In this document: piece by piece, positions 23,001 through 29,400 of the stretch | How positions within the stretch are numbered: position 1 is the first letter of the stretch | How the letters are laid out: each line of letters starts with the position of its first letter | Assembly (NCBI GenBank): GCA_000002445.1 | Contig: CH464491.1 | Location: 896,001-960,000, forward strand | DNA length: 64,000 nucleotides | Direction: 5' to 3' | Source of the DNA: Trypanosoma brucei | Taxonomy: Eukaryota | The notes under the pieces: generated by a model | Databases searched by the model: none | Seen by the model: only the letters and a program-made list of their open reading frames with translations | Told to the model about the DNA's origin: nothing | Program-made: the position numbers and the translations under genes

Positions 23001-24984
23001 GGCTGGTCGCAAGCTTGGTTTCACGTATGATAATGAACGGCTCTTCAACGTTTCACTAGGCCAAGGTCAAGAGGTTGTAGCTGATCGGGCTCTGGAGCGG
23101 TGCTTTCTGCATGGTGGATGGGCGCTGCTGAATAATATCCACCTTGTCGAGAAGTGGCTTCGGGGTTTGGAGCGACGGTTGGATAGTTATGCAGAAATAT
23201 ACACTCGCATGGCACAATTACGAAAGGAACGTGACGAGAAGCGTGCTGCAGAACAAAAAGTGATGGAAGATTCTGGGAGTGAAAAGGCCACAAGTCTTGC
23301 TGGAGATGATGATGATGAGGCGCAAAAGTCTGTAGACGGTTCAACCGTCAAAGAGGAAAGGGCAGATGATGCTGAGGCGGATAAATCGAACGAAAGCAAC
23401 TCGAAACATTTGGGTGAAGAGGTGGCAGAAGGAAAGGAGGATGACGATGATGACATTCCCTTTGAAGGCCCCAAAGGACATCCGCAGTTCCGTGTATTCC
23501 TGAGCGCGGAGCCCTCCAACGTAATTCCCATCGGCATTCTTCAACGCTCCATTAAGCTTACATCCGAACCTCCTACTGGTATTCGCTCCAACATCGTTCG
23601 TGCATTGAGCAACTTCAGTGATGAGCCGTGGGAGAGGAGCGCAAAACCGACAGAGTTCCGTTGCATCATGTTTTCTATGTGCTTCTTCCATTCTGTCGTT
23701 GTGGAGCGTAAGAAATTTGGTCCGCTGGGCTGGAACCGTGTGTATCCTTATAATGCTGGAGACTTGACCACATGCTTGGAGGTTGCTGCCAACTACATTG
23801 AGGACAGGCCAAAGGTACCGTGGGAGGATTTGCAGTACGTTTTTGGTGAGATTATGTACGGCGGACACATTACGGACGATTGGGACCGTGTATTGTGTAT
23901 GGCATACCTGCGTACATTCCTTGTGCCCGAGTGTTGTGATGGACTTCAGCTGGCCCCAGGAATCGAAGTACCCGCTCCAATGAGTTACAACGAATACATC
24001 GATTGGTTGGTTAATGGCGAGGACTTCCCCGCGGAGTCTCCGCTCCTCTTTGGTTTGCATCCTAACGCAGAGATCAACTATAGAACTGTGCAAGCCGATG
24101 TCCTCTTTCGTACAATCAATGAACTGCAACCCAAAAAGCACGCCGGAGGAGATTCGCTCAGCCCTCAGGAAGTTGTCCAGCAGAAGATTGACGAGCTTCG
24201 TGAGCGACTTCCAGAACGGCACAATTTGCAGGACTTGTCGGAGCGGTTGGAGGATGAACGGTCGCCGCAGCAGCACGTGTTCTACCAAGAGTGCGAGCGC
24301 ATGAACGTCCTTATTTCAGCGCTGAAGGTATCACTGGAGGAATTAGATCTTGGTCTTAAGGGTGCCCTTTCGATGACCGCTGTTATGCAGACGTTGTTTG
24401 ATGAGATATATCTCGACAAGCTTCCAGCCGTATGGGAGAAGGTTTCCTTCCTCTCTTTGCGAGCTCTTGGGTCGTGGATGGAAAACTTCCTTCTTCGTAA
24501 CGATCAGTTGGTGAACTGGACCGGCGAACTGCAAACTCCGAAGGTAACGAACATCGCGCTCTTTTTCAATCCCATGTCTTTCCTCACTGCCATTATGCAA
24601 ACTACATCCATCGTAAACAGCTTCGATCTTGATCAGATGTCACTCGTGGTTGACGTTCTAAAGAAGTCTGCGGATCAGATCGAGACGAGTGCCCGTGACG
24701 GTTGCCATGTGTCCGGTCTCTCCATGGAAGGTGCCCGCTGGGACACGAGCACGTCTTGCATTGAGGAGAGCAGAATGAAGGAATTGTATCCAAAGATGCC
24801 CATCCTGACGATCCGTTCGTTACCACTCTCTAAAATCGACCGACGTGACCAGTACGAATGCCCAGTTTACAAGACACAGCAACGTGGACCCGGTTTCGTC
24901 GTCGGTTTCTGGTTGAAGACGAAGCAGCCAGCTAAGAAATGGACTATTGCTGGTGTGGGTCTTATCCTTGATGTGGTGGAGTAA
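11008..24984 (+). CDS. Axonemal dynein heavy chain, ~4,659 aa from the first ATG. The size suggests a two-headed class (outer-arm or I1-type).
   Basis: The ORF runs 10939-24984, but 10939 is GTG and the first ATG is at 11008 (MAKGDKEE). It has four P-loops: AAA1 [15 protein letters not shown], AAA2 [8 protein letters not shown], AAA3 GTAGTGKT and AAA4 GVGGSGKQS. The AAA1 context CYITLTQAL...FNCSDQMNY...[17 protein letters not shown]...[23 protein letters not shown] is the axonemal consensus, not the cytoplasmic one. The C-terminal [12 protein letters not shown] motif is present. A polypyrimidine tract plus AG lies just upstream at about 10880-10938. Confidence 0.9.
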   Translation: [4658 protein letters not shown]

Positions 24985-26435
24985 ATGAGGAATAAAGTTA
25001 CCAATTACAAGAGGCAAAAAAGGTGGAAAGATGTGTGTGAATACTTATGCACACAGATGTATATATGTCTATGTATACGAGTTGTGGGGATATGTTGAGA
25101 TTTTTGTGCTTTCGTATGGCTATGAGGCTGCCCCATTTTTTAATCATTAACCCCCCCCCACCGAAAGATAGATGCCCCTTGATGAATATTTTGTATTTTT
25201 TTCCGTTTGTCACTGTGTTTAGTCCACATGGATGGATTACGGGGGGTGATGTTTGACCTTGTTTGACATTGTCGCCTACTATTTTCGTGCAGTGACGGCA
25301 CTGCGGATACCATTATTAGAGCTTCATTCTAATTTTTTTTATTTGTAGAGGAGGCTCTTTCGTAGTCCTCTGTGTACCCACGTGCAGCACACACGCGTTG
25401 CGTGGGCGTGCCTGGGGATGTGCCACCGTTCCGTGGTTGATGATGTTCTCTGTAACTGAAACTGTCCAACCCACTGTTCGCTTTAATTTGATACTTTTCT
25501 CGTTTCATTCTTTTTTTTTTTGCGTTGTGGTGTGACCGCTCCTTTAGGTGGAGCAATCAAAATGTTTATACCTCTCTAGGTTATAGTTTCGTGTCCCTGT
25601 TTATATACGTGTACGCATGCATGTGTCTCCTACAGGGAGACAGGGGTCGCGTCCGCTGAGGGTGATGCATTGCTGTGTCGTATGGAGAGGTTCATTTGCT
25701 GCATCCCCGTTTATGTTTTTCCATGAAGCTTGAGTCGATTCACATGTGCTTCAGGGAAAGATAGCGCCTGTGGAGTGAGGGGTGGGTTGTTACACAAGCT
25801 GTACATCGCAGCCCTGGGGATCGTGTCAAATTTGTCATCTTAAGTCGTCACGTAATTTGGTGAACTATTATTGTCCAGCCTGCGTACACGTGAACGAGGA
25901 CGGTGCGCACTGCAGAGTCCCCGCATTTTGGAATGGGGTTTAAAATACGTCGCTCAATTTCACGGCAGCCGTGCTATTAGTGATGTTATTTGATTGTCTG
26001 TTACTTCACATAAATGTATATTACGTGGTTCGCCGCTTTTCGAATGTTGCGGTGGAGGACCAATATACCTATGAAGGGGGGAAATGAGCATTTGGTGATA
26101 CAATAACCATACAATTTCCCTTTTTTTTTTTTTGCGCACTGTCTGACCACCTGCTTCCGTGCAGCAGCCGTGGTGATGTAAACTTCCGACGCTATACTGT
26201 ATATCACTGTGCTAGTTCAGCGGAAGAATCCACTATTTAGTGTGTTGCCATAACTGTATTCATCGCGCTTTATTTATTTGGTAATATCGTCATATTGAAG
26301 ACACTTTCCCAGCGGGTGCTGCGACGGCCCGCATACTTCACTACGTGTACTTACCGAAACAATTTGCGCATCCTTCTTTTTTTTTCTATTCTTTTTGATT
26401 GTTGGATAGTTTATCTTTCTCTTCCGCTTGCGATC

Positions 26436-29400
26436 ATGCTGCGGCGGCTCTTCAAGCCGCAGCTGATGGTCCCTTGGTCGCGACAGCCTCCAACCTGCTG
26501 CTCCTCCCAAATAATCAATATTATTAGCCGTGGCCTTTCCCAGAGGGGGGAGCCGCTTGGTGCAGCAGCACCGTCAAGTGTGAGTTCCGTTTCCGTGCCT
26601 CCAGTGGCGTCTTTGCACACACCTGTCATGCACAGTAATGCATTTGCAGCCTCTGAGGTAAAAAAGCTACTTGCGAAGGCACAGTACTCGCTTTTCACGC
26701 TGGGGTGGAATCCAGGCACGGATGATTACTGTATTTACTGTGCCACAACAAATGAGCTTGTTCGAGCCAAGAAGGATACCCTCTGGAAAGCTATCTTCTG
26801 GATGGAGGGGCGCATTGGGGACGACTACATCGCAGGTCTTTTATTCCCCAGCGATGGGACCCCTGCACTCACGGAGGTGGCAGCTATGGTGAGAGAGAAG
26901 TGCCGCCGCCAAGTCGTTGTCGCTCCAGACACCTGGGGCATATGTTACCTGACACTTAAGAATCAACGGGACTTTGTGAGAGGGATGGAGCTCCCCGCCA
27001 GTCTTGAGCATGCCGCCTTCCTCCTTATGCGCGCGATGTTTAACTCCTCCCTGATCGAACCATCCGTGTTCGACGTCACTTCCGGTGCGTACATATCTGC
27101 TTCGTGCGCCGACTCTGTGAGTGCCGCGCGTGATTGCTTAGTAAGTTGGTGGGTGCTCTTCAATGTTCACAAGAAGTTCGGCACTTCGGGCAGCAGAAAG
27201 TTGATTGACCCTGTTGAACAAATCGTGCGGCGCGTAGTGAAGACTGTAAACGTCTTTGTGGTGGACATCAATGTGAGGGTTGGTAAGGGTACCATTTCGG
27301 AGGGGTTCACAATGATTGTCACCATCTACGATGCACAGAGGAGGTCGCAGTCAGTTCATATGATTCGTAGCTTGGCTGAAGAATCCGCGAAGCGAAATAC
27401 GTTAAACGGTTTACTGTTTGGAGAAGGGACTTCCGCTATCTCACTATTTGTCCCAACAGATCGTACAAAGTCATCACAACTCCTCGCGTTCGCGCGTAGC
27501 TGCAGGCCTTCATGCCCTTTCTTTGTAACGGAACCGTCGAGCTTGACGCCCTTCTTCTCTGGGGCCCCGGTGACTGATGGCCTCAGCGAGCAAAGTGACC
27601 CGCGCTCCACTTGGGCACTGATTCGTACCAACTGCTTCGCCCAGTGTCCTGGTAGGAGGTTGGAGGAGGTGCTAGACAGAAAGTTGTTGCAGGGGTTTAC
27701 AGCGGTCGCCAACAGGTTGTACTCTGACCGCCTGCATCGTGTCTCACCGGCACTGATGTCGGCCGCGAGTAGCATTCCCCTACGTGAGGAACCGCGTGTT
27801 GCATGGGAGCGCGTCGCCAGTCTTGTTGAAGAAGAGCGCAAAAACCCCGTTGCACACGTAAACAAGTCTGCCTTCCTCAATAATGTGACCATCACTGACG
27901 CCGAGGTTGTCTTCCGTCTGCAGCAGTGGCACTCGACGATATATGAAAGTCCCGACCGTCTGGAGCGGGAGCGAGAGGCACTAGAGGGTCTCCAGCGGTA
28001 CTTGGTCGTAGATCTTGAAACTACAACGGTACGGCGTTACAAACGTGTTGCGAATCCTTTCACCAAGGAGAACTATGTTGTGCTCTCCGGTGCCCGCGAC
28101 TACAGGGGACAAGTTTTCATGCCCAGCCGCTACTACAGCCGGAACGTTGCACTGCGTTATGACGATTTGCATGTTACCAGCACCCACTCTTTGGTTAAGG
28201 GTTCGTCTAAGCACTCTCTATTTTTACCACCATTGGATGACTACGACGTTCTTGTTGGGCACAACATCAAATTCGACTTGCTGCATATGTGGAGAGATGT
28301 GGAGCTGAGGCGTTTTTTGAAGCGCGGTGGCAAAATATGGGACACCATGTATGCCGAGTACCTTCTGACCGGTCACGAGGTGAAACTGGGTCACGGTGCA
28401 GGTTTAGAGGAGGTGGCGAAATCATACGGTGGTCAGACACCAAAACTGGATGCTGTGAAGCAAGCGTGGTCGTCGGGAAAAGACACGTGCGAAATACCGT
28501 ACCGCACTTTGACGCAATATTTGCACGGTGATTTGGAGAACACAGAACTTATTTTCAAGAAACATATAGAACGAGCACTCGCGCAGAGGCAGGTGGTCAT
28601 CATATTAGCTCGCATGGATGGACTTTTGTGCACTACCGAGATGGAATACAACGGACTGAAGACAAACGTGCAGCTGGCCTTGTCGCAAAGCAATGAGCTG
28701 ATGTGCAAAGTGAAGGAGCTACGAAGGCATCTGGACAATTCGATACCGAAAGAGATATCTATCGACTGCCGGAAATATTTCAACTGGGCGTCTAACCAAC
28801 ATCTTATTGCCTTTTTTTTCGGTGGGAAGCTGAAGTTGAGCACTAATGCACGCGAGAGCAGGCTCCTTCCTGGTGAGGTATTTGAACGCCACACGCTTTA
28901 TGCTCGTCCAGAGGACTATGATAAGACTGAGTTCCCCAAGGGTGTCTTCTTGCGGCCCCCAGTGTATGTAGTCGGGCCCGCCGACTGTCTCATGGCCACT
29001 GGTGTATCACTCGACAAAGGAACCAAATTCTTCAAAATGTATTTCGAGGCATACGTGAAACAAGCTGGTTTTAGGAAGAGTTCTTCCGTGACGGACTCTC
29101 TTAGACGTGCGATGGTTTCTGTTTCACGCATCGACCAGGAGAAGTGCAGCAACCCAGATGCACTTGTTAATTTGTTGCCGAAGCGCCACCTGTTTTTGTT
29201 TGCTGCCTTCACGCCCACAAGCGATGGGACAATAAGTAAGTTATTCCTCAAGAATGCGATAACCGGGGAATCTCTGACCATTGCAGGAGATTGTGCGAAC
29301 AAAGTGGAGCGACTGCGTGCTTTCATGGAGGGGCAGGTGGAAGCGCACACAGAGATGCTTGTCGATGCGGACGGAGACGGCAGCGCCCCAGCAAATAACA

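Noticed and set aside
23341-24288. 315-aa ORF on the - strand
   Set aside because: It lies entirely antisense within the dynein heavy-chain CDS, whose sense frame carries conserved AAA and C-terminal motifs. This is a shadow ORF of GC-rich, stop-poor coding sequence.
25171-25470. Possible C/D snoRNA boxes (TGATGA ... CTGA) in the dynein-polymerase intergenic region
   Set aside because: Box-like hexamers occur at random at this frequency. The spacing is wrong (C and D boxes about 20 nt apart). There is no tandemly repeated snoRNA cluster structure and no terminal stem.
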